DNA of 64,000 nucleotides from a virus, in the IMG/VR virus record IMGVR_UViG_3300025254_000001; one strand, given 5' to 3'. Under the pieces are notes generated by a model. That model did no database searches, had not been told where the DNA came from, and saw only the letters and a program-made list of their open reading frames with translations. A program made the position numbers and the translations under genes. Below, one piece after another: positions 36,621 to 45,189 of this stretch; within the stretch, counting starts at the first letter, position 1; each line of letters begins with the position of its first letter.

Positions 36621-36913
36621 GCTTGGTTGCCTTTCGATGCGACTGCAAGCGCCAGTTGAAGCTCGCGAATCTGGTCAATGAACCCAAGGTTCTCGTGCAG
36701 CACGTTGGCGCCGTCCTGCACGGTCTGGTTCAGCTCCAGGCACAGGAAATCGATCAGCCCGAGAAGGCGGTTCACGCGGGCGATGACAGCGACGGACGTC
36801 GCTGCGTCGACCTGCGCCGCGCGCAGCACGATTGCGATCTCGTCCGCTTTCTTGGTCGCCTCAGCGCGCACCTGGTCGATGTCTTCCATGCCGGTCATTC
36901 GTTGGTCATGCAT
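36617..36913 (-). CDS. Hypothetical coiled-coil protein
   Basis: 98 aa from ATG 36913. Confidence 0.4.
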   Translation of the reverse strand: MHDQRMTGMEDIDQVRAEATKKADEIAIVLRAAQVDAATSVAVIARVNRLLGLIDFLCLELNQTVQDGANVLHENLGFIDQIRELQLALAVASKGNQA

Positions 36914-37175
36914 CACGTCCCCCCATGACTTTTCGGGAGACCTGCTGCAGCAGTTCGAGCTGCCACTGCAGGGCCTTCGGCAGTGCCGCGCGTTCATCGA
37001 CGCGCAGCGCCCGCACCGTCAAATCGGTGTTGAAAATAAGGGGCAACGCGCAGTAGGCGCATATCGAAATGTCGCCACCCTCGGGCGCCCGTTCGTTAAG
37101 CGGGTCGCTCACGCCATCAAGCGACTTGAGGCAGGCCGGGCAGCGCGCGTCAGGGTTGACCTGGTCAGTTCGCAT
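36906..37175 (-). CDS. Zinc-ribbon-like small protein
   Basis: 89 aa. CPAC...CAYC cysteine pairs. Confidence 0.45.
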   Translation of the reverse strand: MRTDQVNPDARCPACLKSLDGVSDPLNERAPEGGDISICAYCALPLIFNTDLTVRALRVDERAALPKALQWQLELLQQVSRKVMGGRDA

Positions 37176-37359
37176 CGCCGCCGTCCCATCGAATGCACGA
37201 CTCCGCAACGATCATCGTTGCCTTGCCCTCGAACCGACAATCGATCGGCGTGCCGTCCATGACCTCGGCTTCCGGGTCAGCGTCGATCCATTCGAATGCG
37301 CAATGCATGCAGCAGCGCATGAGGCCGCCGGACAGCACGCCCAGGTCTTTGCGTTTCAT
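37165..37359 (-). CDS. Cys-rich small protein
   Basis: 64 aa. ATGA overlap with the upstream stop. RCCMHC motif. Confidence 0.4.
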   Translation of the reverse strand: MKRKDLGVLSGGLMRCCMHCAFEWIDADPEAEVMDGTPIDCRFEGKATMIVAESCIRWDGGDAN

Positions 37360-37592
37360 TGCGGCCTCGGGAACGTGGTGAAGGTCAGATCGCAGTGGGG
37401 GCACCGGCAAACCTCAACCGGGTTCGCGGTAGGCGCCATGCCCAGGAATTCGGCGTCGGGATGGCTCCAGCGGTAGCGATCCTTGTCGGCCTCGGCCATC
37501 GGCGCGTCGGCCGTGCAGGTGCGGCGCTGCAGGTGCCCGTACATCCCCTCGTTGAGGATTCGCATGAGGGTGTCGAGATCCGGCTCACTCAT
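37356..37592 (-). CDS. Cys-containing small protein
   Basis: 78 aa. C-terminal CRCPHC motif. Confidence 0.4.
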   Translation of the reverse strand: MSEPDLDTLMRILNEGMYGHLQRRTCTADAPMAEADKDRYRWSHPDAEFLGMAPTANPVEVCRCPHCDLTFTTFPRPQ

Positions 37593-37851
37593 GGTCCGCA
37601 CCTGTTTCCAGAAGGCCGTCTAGAACGCCGTCGCGACGCCGCTGCGCCTTCATGCGCAGCACGATGCGCCAGCGGCGCGCCTCGGGCGTGCGATGCATGG
37701 TTTCCAGGCCCTTGAGCAGCCGGCGGCCGTCGAACATATTGAACGGCCGCGTCTTGGTGGGCGCCGGCGCGCCGCGGCGCCGCAGGCTCCACCTCATCTC
37801 AATGAGGCGTTCGCGCACGTCGCATTCCTTGAAGGGGCGGGACCGGATCAT
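37585..37851 (-). CDS. Basic small protein
   Basis: 88 aa, Arg-rich. Start overlaps the upstream stop. Confidence 0.4.
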   Translation of the reverse strand: MIRSRPFKECDVRERLIEMRWSLRRRGAPAPTKTRPFNMFDGRRLLKGLETMHRTPEARRWRIVLRMKAQRRRDGVLDGLLETGADHE

Positions 37852-38921
37852 TGGGCCTCCGGGCTGCGCAGGCGCGCGGCGCAGTGCATCGCGCCCGCCG
37901 CCATGGCCTCGTGGATCGCCTTGCCGAAGTCGGTCGCGAGCGGCCCCTCGGCGACGCCGCCGAACTCGGCCGCGACCTCGTCGCAGATGGCGGCGGCCTG
38001 CAGGAAGATCGCCTCGGCCGGGAGCGCCGCGGGCGTGGGCGCGAGGTGCTTTCGCCAGACCGTCGCCGCCGCGTAAAGGTCGCTCTGCTCCTGCGATCCG
38101 ATCGGCGTGGCGTCGGCCATGGCGTCCAGGCGATCCGCGAGCGTGGCGCTCGCCGACGCTCGCTCGGCCTGGGGCACTGGATTCACCGGGCAGGGAGCCA
38201 TCGCCACCATGGCGCGGTAGACCTCCCCGAACGCCAGCTGCGGGTCCTTGCCGCCGCGGAGCCTGTCGTCAACGATGTGGCGCGTCTCGGCCAGCTCGGC
38301 GGCGTCGACCATTTCATCGGTCGGCTCGATCGGCACCAGCTTCCAGGCCGCGGGATTTCCATGCCCGGGCACGGGAGGAATCGACGCCCACATGCCGTGC
38401 TTGCACCCGGCCAGCCAGCCTTTCCGCCATTGATCGGTGATTCGATCGGCGTGCGCCGCGGCGAGGACTTCTCGCACCTGATCGTCGGTGTAGAGGGGGA
38501 TGATCTCGTCCGGCGGCTCGTCGTCCCACTCGGTGGGCAACGGGTCGTCGGCGTCGTGGTATTGCGTCCAGCTCCCTTCGCCGTCAGGGCTGGTCCACGA
38601 CACGCGATGCATGAACGGAGCGGGCAGCTGGCCGCGGCCGAGGGCGGCGCCGATGCCGGCCGCGCACTCGCTGTCGTCGCCATCCTTTAGGGCGGCCTGG
38701 AGCCACTCCTTGGTGATGTTGAGTTGCAGCGGCTTGCGAGCCTTGGGCGCCTCGGCGAGCATGGCGCGATACCCATCGGCGGCGCGCTGCAGCTCGTCGA
38801 TATAGTCCAACGCGACGCCCAGGTCATGGTGCGTGTTGCGCCAGGCCGGGTTTTCGGCCTTGGGCTTCGCGCTCGCGTGGGCGCGGCGGATCTGCTCGAT
38901 GCGGATGGGAGTCGTGCTCAT
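37848..38921 (-). CDS. Hypothetical protein (357 aa)
   Basis: ATG 38921 has a 4-nt overlap with the GNAT gene stop. The longer ORF-track version is probably an N-terminal over-extension. Confidence 0.5.
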   Translation of the reverse strand: MSTTPIRIEQIRRAHASAKPKAENPAWRNTHHDLGVALDYIDELQRAADGYRAMLAEAPKARKPLQLNITKEWLQAALKDGDDSECAAGIGAALGRGQLPAPFMHRVSWTSPDGEGSWTQYHDADDPLPTEWDDEPPDEIIPLYTDDQVREVLAAAHADRITDQWRKGWLAGCKHGMWASIPPVPGHGNPAAWKLVPIEPTDEMVDAAELAETRHIVDDRLRGGKDPQLAFGEVYRAMVAMAPCPVNPVPQAERASASATLADRLDAMADATPIGSQEQSDLYAAATVWRKHLAPTPAALPAEAIFLQAAAICDEVAAEFGGVAEGPLATDFGKAIHEAMAAGAMHCAARLRSPEAQ

Positions 38922-39334
38922 GATGCGTGCGCCTGGTCGACCATTTCGGACACCAGCCTGTAGAACGATGGCGATGAGGTCGTCAATGTCGTTTCGGTCC
39001 AGCCCGAGCGCACCAGGTGCTTGGCCAGGCCGTGATCCATGACGCTCTCGATGTAGAGGTAGTCTGGCGGTTCGATCGCCACCTGGGCGACCTCCGCGGC
39101 CGTCTGTAGGAACCGCTTCAGGTGGCCCTTGCCACGCTGCCCCTCGTCGACCACGACGTTGGCGATCACCAGGCACAGGCCCACCAGGCCCTCGCGCAGA
39201 TAGCGATCGTTGAAGCGCACGTAGGCCGTCATGTGCTCGCAGTGCAGCCACTCACGGTGCACGCGGTGCGTGGCGGCCCTGGCCAGGAAGCCCGCGAGCG
39301 CGACGGCGGATTGATCCTGCTGGATGTGGTTCAT
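38918..39334 (-). CDS. GNAT-like N-acetyltransferase
   Basis: 138 aa. VVVDEGQRGKGHLKRFL resembles the acetyl-CoA-binding Q/RxxGxG/A motif. Confidence 0.5.
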   Translation of the reverse strand: MNHIQQDQSAVALAGFLARAATHRVHREWLHCEHMTAYVRFNDRYLREGLVGLCLVIANVVVDEGQRGKGHLKRFLQTAAEVAQVAIEPPDYLYIESVMDHGLAKHLVRSGWTETTLTTSSPSFYRLVSEMVDQAHAS

Positions 39335-39681
39335 GAAGACCTCGATGGCGTTGCCAGCGGCGCGACCTTCTCTTGCAGTCGCCGGACCTGAGCGCGCAGC
39401 CGCTTTTCCTGTTTCTTCAGCTCGGTCAGGCGCTCGTCAATGGCGCGCACCTCGCGCTGCACGTGAGCGTAGCTCTCCCAGGCCCGCTGCAGCGTGCGCG
39501 CGCTGCGCTGCATGAAGTCGAAGGCGTCGAGCGTCGCATCGCACTTGCGGCAGTGGATCGTGCGCTCGTGCTCGTCCAGGATCACCGAGTCGTGGCTGCA
39601 GAACCCGGTCGGGCGCGGCGCGATGCCGATGGGGTTCTCCGGCAGCGGCTCGGCGGTTGGCAGGGTGCGGACGTCGCTCAT
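39331..39681 (-). CDS. Zinc-ribbon plus coiled-coil protein
   Basis: 116 aa. CSHD...HCRKCD, then a heptad-like C-terminus. Confidence 0.45.
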   Translation of the reverse strand: MSDVRTLPTAEPLPENPIGIAPRPTGFCSHDSVILDEHERTIHCRKCDATLDAFDFMQRSARTLQRAWESYAHVQREVRAIDERLTELKKQEKRLRAQVRRLQEKVAPLATPSRSS

Positions 39682-39947
39682 TGCCGAGACTCCTCGCGAT
39701 CGTGGGCTTCCTGTTTCCGCAGCGCCAACGCAAGGATCTCCAACAGCCTCGGATAGTCCTCGGCCAACATGGCGAGCGGGCCGGAGCCTGGGACGCCGTC
39801 AACGCTGAAGGAGAGCTTGCCGGCCTCTTGCATCGCGATCACGATGACCATGCACTTCAGCTGGTTGGCCGCCTGCTCGGTGATCGCGTCCACGAGCCGA
39901 ACCCAGTCCGGGTCGGCGGGAAGCTGGTTCATCGGGCTGCGCATCAT
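39678..39947 (-). CDS. Hypothetical protein
   Basis: 89 aa, coupled in the operon. Confidence 0.4.
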   Translation of the reverse strand: MMRSPMNQLPADPDWVRLVDAITEQAANQLKCMVIVIAMQEAGKLSFSVDGVPGSGPLAMLAEDYPRLLEILALALRKQEAHDREESRQ

Positions 39948-40312
39948 GAGGACACCCGTTGGAGGTGTTCGAGGAATTCGAGTGGAAGCTGACAGTTAGC
40001 CGGCGCGCCCGCGAACATCGGCGCGATGTCGGGCGGCGTGTAGCCGGCCAGGCCGCAGCCGATCGCGGTGACGCGAAAGGTCAGCTCCGGGTGCGCCTGG
40101 GCGAAGACCAGGAACGTGTCGACGTGCCGGCGGATCGCATCGAGCGGCAGCGTGCGCAGCAGCCGGTCCTTGGTCGGGATGCCGTAGGACGAGCCCTGGT
40201 GCCCCTCGGCCTGGCCGTAGCGCGCGCCGTGGTGCATCACGGCATCCTTGGCCGCGCCGCGCCCGTGGCGCCCGGCCAGGTTGCTCCCGAAGACAAAGAC
40301 GCGACGATCCAT
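39944..40312 (-). CDS. Conserved phage protein with FVFGSNLAGRHGRGAA motif (Rossmann/LOG-like fold suspected)
   Basis: 122 aa from ATG 40312. The motif recurs in many phage and bacterial hypotheticals. The fold assignment is a guess. Confidence 0.5.
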   Translation of the reverse strand: MDRRVFVFGSNLAGRHGRGAAKDAVMHHGARYGQAEGHQGSSYGIPTKDRLLRTLPLDAIRRHVDTFLVFAQAHPELTFRVTAIGCGLAGYTPPDIAPMFAGAPANCQLPLEFLEHLQRVSS

Positions 40313-40620
40313 CAGCGAGTCCCCCGAGACAGCGCGCGGATCGCGCGCACGTGGAGCGGCAAGGCCGCCGGCCTGTAGTTCTCCGGCTCCTGCAGCATCT
40401 GCCCGAAACCCAGCACGCCCCAGAAGCGCCGGTCTGCCGGGTTGAAGACGTTCATCTCGGTGCCGCAGCGCGGGCACTTGATGTTCTGCATGACGCCGCC
40501 GCGCGGTCCGGCCAGGTAGCCGGTGCTGTGGCAGCAGGGCCAGCGTCCCCAGCGATACCAGCAGTATTTCTCGTCGGGCGTCAGCTCGCGCCCGCCGGTG
40601 ATGGGGACGGGCTCGCTCAT
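40312..40620 (-). CDS. Zinc-ribbon-like small protein
   Basis: 102 aa. CPRCGTEM motif. 4-nt overlap with the upstream stop. Confidence 0.45.
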   Translation of the reverse strand: MSEPVPITGGRELTPDEKYCWYRWGRWPCCHSTGYLAGPRGGVMQNIKCPRCGTEMNVFNPADRRFWGVLGFGQMLQEPENYRPAALPLHVRAIRALSRGTR

Positions 40621-41288
40621 CTGGCTGCCTCCAGCAGCATCTTGGCCATCGTTCCCCCGCCGTAGGCCGTCGTGGCGGCCGAGTCGATGATCTCGGCCTC
40701 GACGCTGAAGACGATGGCCACCTCGCCGCCCGGATGCTTGTCCGCATCGCACAGGTCGGGATCGCTCTTGACGTGGTATTTGCGGCAGGCCACCGGCCGG
40801 TGCTCGTAGACCTGGCAGGCGCGGTCCTCGCCCAGAAACACGCAGCGCCGATCCTCGACGGGCAGCGCGGCCCACGCCTGGAAGTCGGTCGCCGCTGCCT
40901 GACGTTCGAGGCGCGCCTCGTCGACCACCACGCCGGCCTCGCGCGCCGCGGTGCGCAGCAGCACCGCCTCCTGCGCGAAGACGTCCACGCGCAGGTGGCA
41001 GCAGGAAGCGCAGCCCTTGCGGCACGTCACCTCGGGCCCGTGTGGCGAGGTGGCCAGCATGTGCTGGACGCGCTCGTCGACCACCTGGTGCACGGTGAAG
41101 GCGACGCTCATCGGATCGTTAAATCGCACGCCGTCCCATTGCTGCCACCAATGCGAGAAGCAGTCCCGCGCGAGGGCGCGCTCCTTCGGCGACATGGCCG
41201 CGGTCGCGCCCTTGAGCGTCATGCTGATGTAGCTCAGTGGCGGGCTTTTCGCGGCTCGCGCGAGCCTGCGGCGCTCAGTGCGGTCCAT
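40617..41288 (-). CDS. YkgJ-family (UPF0153) cysteine-cluster protein
   Basis: About 223 aa. CRKGCASCCHLRV and a later RCVFL...ACQVYEHRPVACR. Start uncertain (41288 or 41300). Confidence 0.55.
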   Translation of the reverse strand: MDRTERRRLARAAKSPPLSYISMTLKGATAAMSPKERALARDCFSHWWQQWDGVRFNDPMSVAFTVHQVVDERVQHMLATSPHGPEVTCRKGCASCCHLRVDVFAQEAVLLRTAAREAGVVVDEARLERQAAATDFQAWAALPVEDRRCVFLGEDRACQVYEHRPVACRKYHVKSDPDLCDADKHPGGEVAIVFSVEAEIIDSAATTAYGGGTMAKMLLEAAR

Positions 41289-41868
41289 GGGTCGGATCAT
41301 CCTGGTGCATGGTCATTCGGCCAACCGTCGGGCCCTTGTGAAGCGGCTTGAACTCCGCGCGCCGCTCAGAGCCCTGGCCCGTGATCGGGCAGATGCCCAT
41401 GAAGCTCCGGTCCTTCGTATGCACGGCGATGACCAGCGCCTCGGTGCGGTCGGGATGCTCGCTCAGGTCGTCGCACTCGCAGCCCAGCTGCCGCTCGGCT
41501 TCGCGCAGGTCGGCGGGAATGCGGCCCTTGCGCTGCACGACCCAAATCTCGGACACGTGGACGATCGCGTCCGGCACGAACGGAGCCGATGGCGAAATCT
41601 TGTCGCCCTTCAGCAGCTCGGAGATCAACAGCATGAGGAAGTCCTTCGTGGTGGAGGACTGCTGCAGCATGTTGACGACTTCGGGCTCGATGAACCCGAG
41701 GTGCGCGAGCTTGCCGGGCTCGGCGTCGTCCATCTTGACGAGCGCGAGCTGCGAATGGCACTCGCGCCCTTCGTTGACGATGCCGATTGAGGCTGCTGCG
41801 AAGTGCTGATAGAGCGACGCGATGTCGTCCTCAACCAGCTCGCGCGTGCGAGTGCGGTTGTTGGTCAC
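41275..41868 (-). CDS. Hypothetical protein
   Basis: 197 aa. GTG start with SD GGGAGA. Confidence 0.5.
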   Translation of the reverse strand: MTNNRTRTRELVEDDIASLYQHFAAASIGIVNEGRECHSQLALVKMDDAEPGKLAHLGFIEPEVVNMLQQSSTTKDFLMLLISELLKGDKISPSAPFVPDAIVHVSEIWVVQRKGRIPADLREAERQLGCECDDLSEHPDRTEALVIAVHTKDRSFMGICPITGQGSERRAEFKPLHKGPTVGRMTMHQDDPTHGPH

Positions 41869-41930
41869 CGTCTTTCTCCCTTGGGTGCGCGCCGCCCCTT
41901 CTTTTCGGGGGCGGGCTGGTTGCGCTCGCT

Positions 41931-43097
41931 TTAGATCGGCGTGGCGCCGTTCATGTGCGCGCCGTTGACGGCGAGCTGCGCGAGCTTTTCGCGCAGAGAC
42001 GTCATGCCGCCGTGGCTTTCGACGTAGTGGTGCGTTCGCGCTTTGATGATGTCGGTGTGGCTGTGCGATAGGAAATCGACGAACGCAACTGTGGTGTCCG
42101 CCTTGTCCACCATCGAGCGCAGCTGGTCCTTCGACTCGTGGGCGCCGCAGAACCGCAGGTCCAGCTTGGCGCCGAAGTCGGCTTCGATCAGCGGCACCTG
42201 GCCACCTTTGAGGCCGACAACCAGCACCGATGGAGGTTTGGGCGGGCGGGACTCACGAACGAAAGGGACGTGGGGCATCCTGGTCTCCTCGGAGACGCCC
42301 TGGGGCGCGTGGGCCGGCTGCGCGCCGCCCAGCTTGACCGCCTCCAGGCCGCGTAGGACGCCCTCGGAGACGATGCCGGCGATCTCGTTGACCAATTGTG
42401 AGCGCAGGTTGAGCCACATGCTGCTGTTGAAGATCGAGGCGACGGGGCCGGCGATCGGGCTGGGCGCCAGGGCGGCGACCGGGGCAGCGATGGGCGCCTG
42501 GTCGGGCTCGGCTGCAGGAATTGCAGGTTCAGCAGCAGGGGCGGCGGCGGCAGCGGCGGCTTCCGCCTGGGCCTTGATGATCGCCTCGTCGCGTTCGCGT
42601 TGCGCCACTACTCGGGCCTGCTGCAGTGCGTCGGGATACCAGTCCTTGACCATCGTCATGGCGGCGATGTCGCGCTGCCGGTTCGCCGGCAGCACGAGCT
42701 TCTGCGCCTTGAGCAGCGCGTCGCGCGGGCCACTCGCTTCGAGGCTCACCAGCAGCTGGCCCGCCTTGTTGGCGATGGCCGCCTTCTCGTCGCGAGTCCA
42801 GTAGATGTGTTTCGGGGTTTTGGGCGCGTTTTCCGAGGTCGGAGCTGGTTCGGTACCTTGGGGCTCCTGATCGGCCGTTCCTGGGGCTTCTAGCGCCTCC
42901 AGCGGCCCCTTCAGGATGGGCCCGAGCCATGGCGCCTTGGCGATCGTGTCGATGTCGCGGCGGCGGGCCTTGGGCAGCACGCGCTGGGCGGCGGCGATGA
43001 TGCCAGTCAGGCTCTTGATCTTGCCTGCCTGTCGCACTTTGATCGCCTGGTTGGTAATCGCTTGCCGTTCTTCGGCTGTCCAATACACGTGCGCCAT
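41931..43097 (-). CDS. First gene of the accessory operon: repeat-containing N-terminus plus DUF2325-like C-terminal domain
   Basis: 388 aa. N-terminal duplicated HVYWTAEERQAI/HIYWTRDEKAAI motif. The C-terminal VLVVGLKGGQ...VAFVDFLSHSHTDIIK resembles DUF2325. SD GGGAG 9 nt upstream of ATG 43097. Confidence 0.55.
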   Translation of the reverse strand: MAHVYWTAEERQAITNQAIKVRQAGKIKSLTGIIAAAQRVLPKARRRDIDTIAKAPWLGPILKGPLEALEAPGTADQEPQGTEPAPTSENAPKTPKHIYWTRDEKAAIANKAGQLLVSLEASGPRDALLKAQKLVLPANRQRDIAAMTMVKDWYPDALQQARVVAQRERDEAIIKAQAEAAAAAAAPAAEPAIPAAEPDQAPIAAPVAALAPSPIAGPVASIFNSSMWLNLRSQLVNEIAGIVSEGVLRGLEAVKLGGAQPAHAPQGVSEETRMPHVPFVRESRPPKPPSVLVVGLKGGQVPLIEADFGAKLDLRFCGAHESKDQLRSMVDKADTTVAFVDFLSHSHTDIIKARTHHYVESHGGMTSLREKLAQLAVNGAHMNGATPI

Positions 43098-43425
43098 CGT
43101 TCTCATCTCCCGGGTTGGTTAATTGTCGGTCATAACCCGACGTGGGAATGTATTGCCATAGTCTGCTAAGTATCAGCAGAAGCCGCAAGGCGCGAAGGGT
43201 AATAGATTGCCAGGGACAAACCCGCAGGCGCGGGCCGTGCGGGCCTTGGCGGGGGTGGTGTGGATCGAGTGGGAGGCGTGCGCGGCGCGCAATGCTTTGT
43301 CGCTCGCGGCGCGCCGAACGTGAGCTTCAAGCCGACTTGCGGCTTAGGGGTAAGCGATAACGACGCGTTCGCGCTCGCCGCGCCGGCGGGCGTCCAGATG
43401 ATGGGGTGGAGCCCCGGCCCGATTT

Positions 43426-43449
43426 TCCAGGGAATTTTCCAGGGAATTT
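43426..43449 (+). repeat. Arm-type integrase-binding candidates (P arm): 2 x TTCCAGGGAATT
   Basis: Perfect tandem 12-mers about 95 bp left of the core. Confidence 0.5.
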
Positions 43450-43541
43450 TTCGAGCAATCGACAGGCATCGGCAGGAACGCCGTTTTCACTCTCATAGGT
43501 GGGGTGCCTGTGGATGCCTGCTGATAACCGTCCCGATTGGT

Positions 43542-43564
43542 TTCGAGTCCCATTAGCCACCCCA
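43542..43564 (+). other. attP core candidate: 3' end of tRNA-His (TTCGAGTCCCATTAGCCACCCCA)
   Basis: Matches the T-loop, T-stem, acceptor 3' strand and CCA of proteobacterial tRNA-His as I recall it. The upstream sequence lacks D and anticodon arms, so it is a fragment and not a gene. Confidence 0.6.
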
Positions 43565-43570
43565 CCTCTA

Positions 43571-43594
43571 CGCCCGGTAAAGCCGGGCGTTTTT
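43571..43594 (+). terminator. Hairpin plus T-run after the tRNA-His fragment
   Basis: CGCCCGG-TAAAG-CCGGGCG followed by TTTTT. It would terminate the reconstituted tRNA gene after integration. Confidence 0.5.
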
Positions 43595-44805
43595 CATGGT
43601 CTGGGGAATTCCTGGGGAATTTTCGGGTCGGCGCCCGCTGCCTGGGCTGCCTGGGCCGCGCCCAGCGTGCGTTCGAGCTTGGCCATCTCGACCTGGTCGC
43701 CCGCGCCAGGAATCCACTTGGCGTAGGTGCTGAGAAACACCTCGACGCTGTGGCCCATCTGGCCGGCGCAGAACGCCGGGGTCATGCCCGCCATCAGCAT
43801 CATCGTCGCGTAGGTGTGGCGGGTGTTGTAGGGCTCGCGGTAGCGGATGCCCAGGCGCTTGAGGGTCGGCTTCCAGAACGACCGGCCGTAGGGGCGCACG
43901 CCCTCCCAACGCACGCCGTAGCGCGGATCGTGGAACACGTGCCCGCCGGCCAGGGAGGTGTGGGCCCGCTGGCGCGTCAGCGCGGCCAGCGCTCGGCTGT
44001 TGAGGTGCAGCCGGCGCGCCGTGTCGGTCTTGGTCCGGTCGACCTCCTCGCCCTGGACGACGCCTTCGACGATCGAGACGTAGCCTGAGCGCAGGTCGAC
44101 GTTGGGCCAGCGCAGGCCGAACGCCTCGCTGGTGCGCAGGCCCATGTAGAACTTCGCCTCGGTGAAGTTGACCACCTGGGCGTCGTAGTGCGCGGCCATG
44201 TCGGCGATGATCAGATCCGCCTCGGCCTGCGTGAAGGGGTCGATCTCCGGCCGCTGCCACTTGGCGCGCGGGATGTTCTCGGCCGGGTTGTCCGTCAGCA
44301 GCTTGTCCAGCACCGCGAGCGCGAGCGCCTCGCGCAGCACGCTCACGTAGTTGTTGACGGTCTTGCCCGACAGGCGGCGCTTGGTGGCCAGGGCGAGCAA
44401 GAGGTCGCTGGTCTTGAGGCTGCGCAGCGCTCGCTCGCCGAGCGGCATCTTGGCGCCTTCGGGCTGGGCGTTCGACCAGAACGTGACGGCCGACTTGTAG
44501 CTGTTGTGTGTACTGGTGGCGATGCGCTGGGCGGCCAGCCAATTCTTCAGCTGGGTAGAGAGGGTGGTCTGCGCGGCGCCGGCGCCGCTGGCCGGGAAGA
44601 ATTCGGCCATGCTGAACCGGTCGTGCGCGATGGCATCGCGAATGTCGTCGGCCAGGCGCGCCGCGTACTTGATGTTGGCTGGCGTGGGCGCCATCGGCGC
44701 GCCGTCGACCATCAGCGTGCGCTTGATGGGCGTGCCGTCGAGGATGAATGTCAACCGGAGCGAGTTCTCGCGAATCTCGACGCCCTTGGTCTTGGCCTTG
44801 GTCAT
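43594..44805 (-). CDS. int: Tyrosine integrase
   Basis: 403 aa. RHTYATMMLMAG and LSTYAKWI catalytic-region motifs, with an N-terminal arm-binding-type domain. Confidence 0.9.
   Translation of the reverse strand: MTKAKTKGVEIRENSLRLTFILDGTPIKRTLMVDGAPMAPTPANIKYAARLADDIRDAIAHDRFSMAEFFPASGAGAAQTTLSTQLKNWLAAQRIATSTHNSYKSAVTFWSNAQPEGAKMPLGERALRSLKTSDLLLALATKRRLSGKTVNNYVSVLREALALAVLDKLLTDNPAENIPRAKWQRPEIDPFTQAEADLIIADMAAHYDAQVVNFTEAKFYMGLRTSEAFGLRWPNVDLRSGYVSIVEGVVQGEEVDRTKTDTARRLHLNSRALAALTRQRAHTSLAGGHVFHDPRYGVRWEGVRPYGRSFWKPTLKRLGIRYREPYNTRHTYATMMLMAGMTPAFCAGQMGHSVEVFLSTYAKWIPGAGDQVEMAKLERTLGAAQAAQAAGADPKIPQEFPRP
43601..43622 (+). repeat. Arm-type integrase-binding candidates (P' arm): CTGGGGAATTC, CTGGGGAATTT
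   Basis: Tandem 11-mers related to the P-arm repeats and in the same orientation. They lie within the int 3' end. Confidence 0.5.
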
Positions 44806-45011
44806 GGCGGATCTCCTTCACTGATCGGAACCTTGGCGCGCTCCAGCACCTTGCGGAACCATTTGGCGCCCCCGAGGGCGTGGAACTTCTCTCTCTGCTC
44901 GGGGGTGGCGCGGATCGGGATGATGACCGACTCGACGCCTTCGGCGATCGGCTTGCGGCCTTGCCCGCGGCCGGCGCCGCCGCGCTTGCTCTTGGGTTTC
45001 GCTTCCGTCAT
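44802..45011 (-). CDS. Small basic DNA-binding protein (RHH-like), paralog of 57569-57775
   Basis: 69 aa. GRGQGRKP, then IPIRATPEQREKFHALGGAKWFRKVLERAK. 4-nt overlap with the int start. Confidence 0.55.
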   Translation of the reverse strand: MTEAKPKSKRGGAGRGQGRKPIAEGVESVIIPIRATPEQREKFHALGGAKWFRKVLERAKVPISEGDPP

Positions 45012-45145
45012 GCCGGGGAGATGGTGAGCGCGACCAGCAGCAGGTGGAACACCGGCTTGATGGCGTCGCTGAAGGCCAAGGTGATGAGCGTGATGCCAAC
45101 CAGGGCGGCGGCCACGCGGGCGGCGAGGTGGACGAGCGGCTTCAT
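45008..45145 (-). CDS. Small hydrophobic membrane peptide
   Basis: 45 aa from ATG 45145 with SD GGGAG. Almost entirely hydrophobic. Confidence 0.4.
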   Translation of the reverse strand: MKPLVHLAARVAAALVGITLITLAFSDAIKPVFHLLLVALTISPA

Positions 45146-45180
45146 GTGGACTCCCGTGCGTTGCTTGATTGCGTAATACA

Positions 45181-45189
45181 AGTATACCA
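45181..45189 (-). promoter_or_regulatory. Extended -10 candidate (TGGTATACT on the minus strand)
   Basis: Lies in an AT-rich gap about 36 nt upstream of ATG 45145. Confidence 0.3.

Noticed and set aside
43498-43566. A 69-nt stretch that begins GGTGGGG and ends CCCCACC (a possible acceptor stem), with a T-loop-like GGTTTCGAGTCC. It looks superficially like a phage tRNA gene.
   Set aside because: I could not fold a D arm or an anticodon arm (CTGATAA has no flanking stem), and the T stem does not pair. Only the last ~23 nt match tRNA-His. It is better explained as the attP core fragment.
43142-44805. The idea that the window holds two tandem prophages joined at a tRNA-His attachment site.
   Set aside because: No complete tRNA gene or host DNA lies at the junction. 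There is a single set of structural, lysis, immunity, recombination and integration modules, which fits one phage genome.
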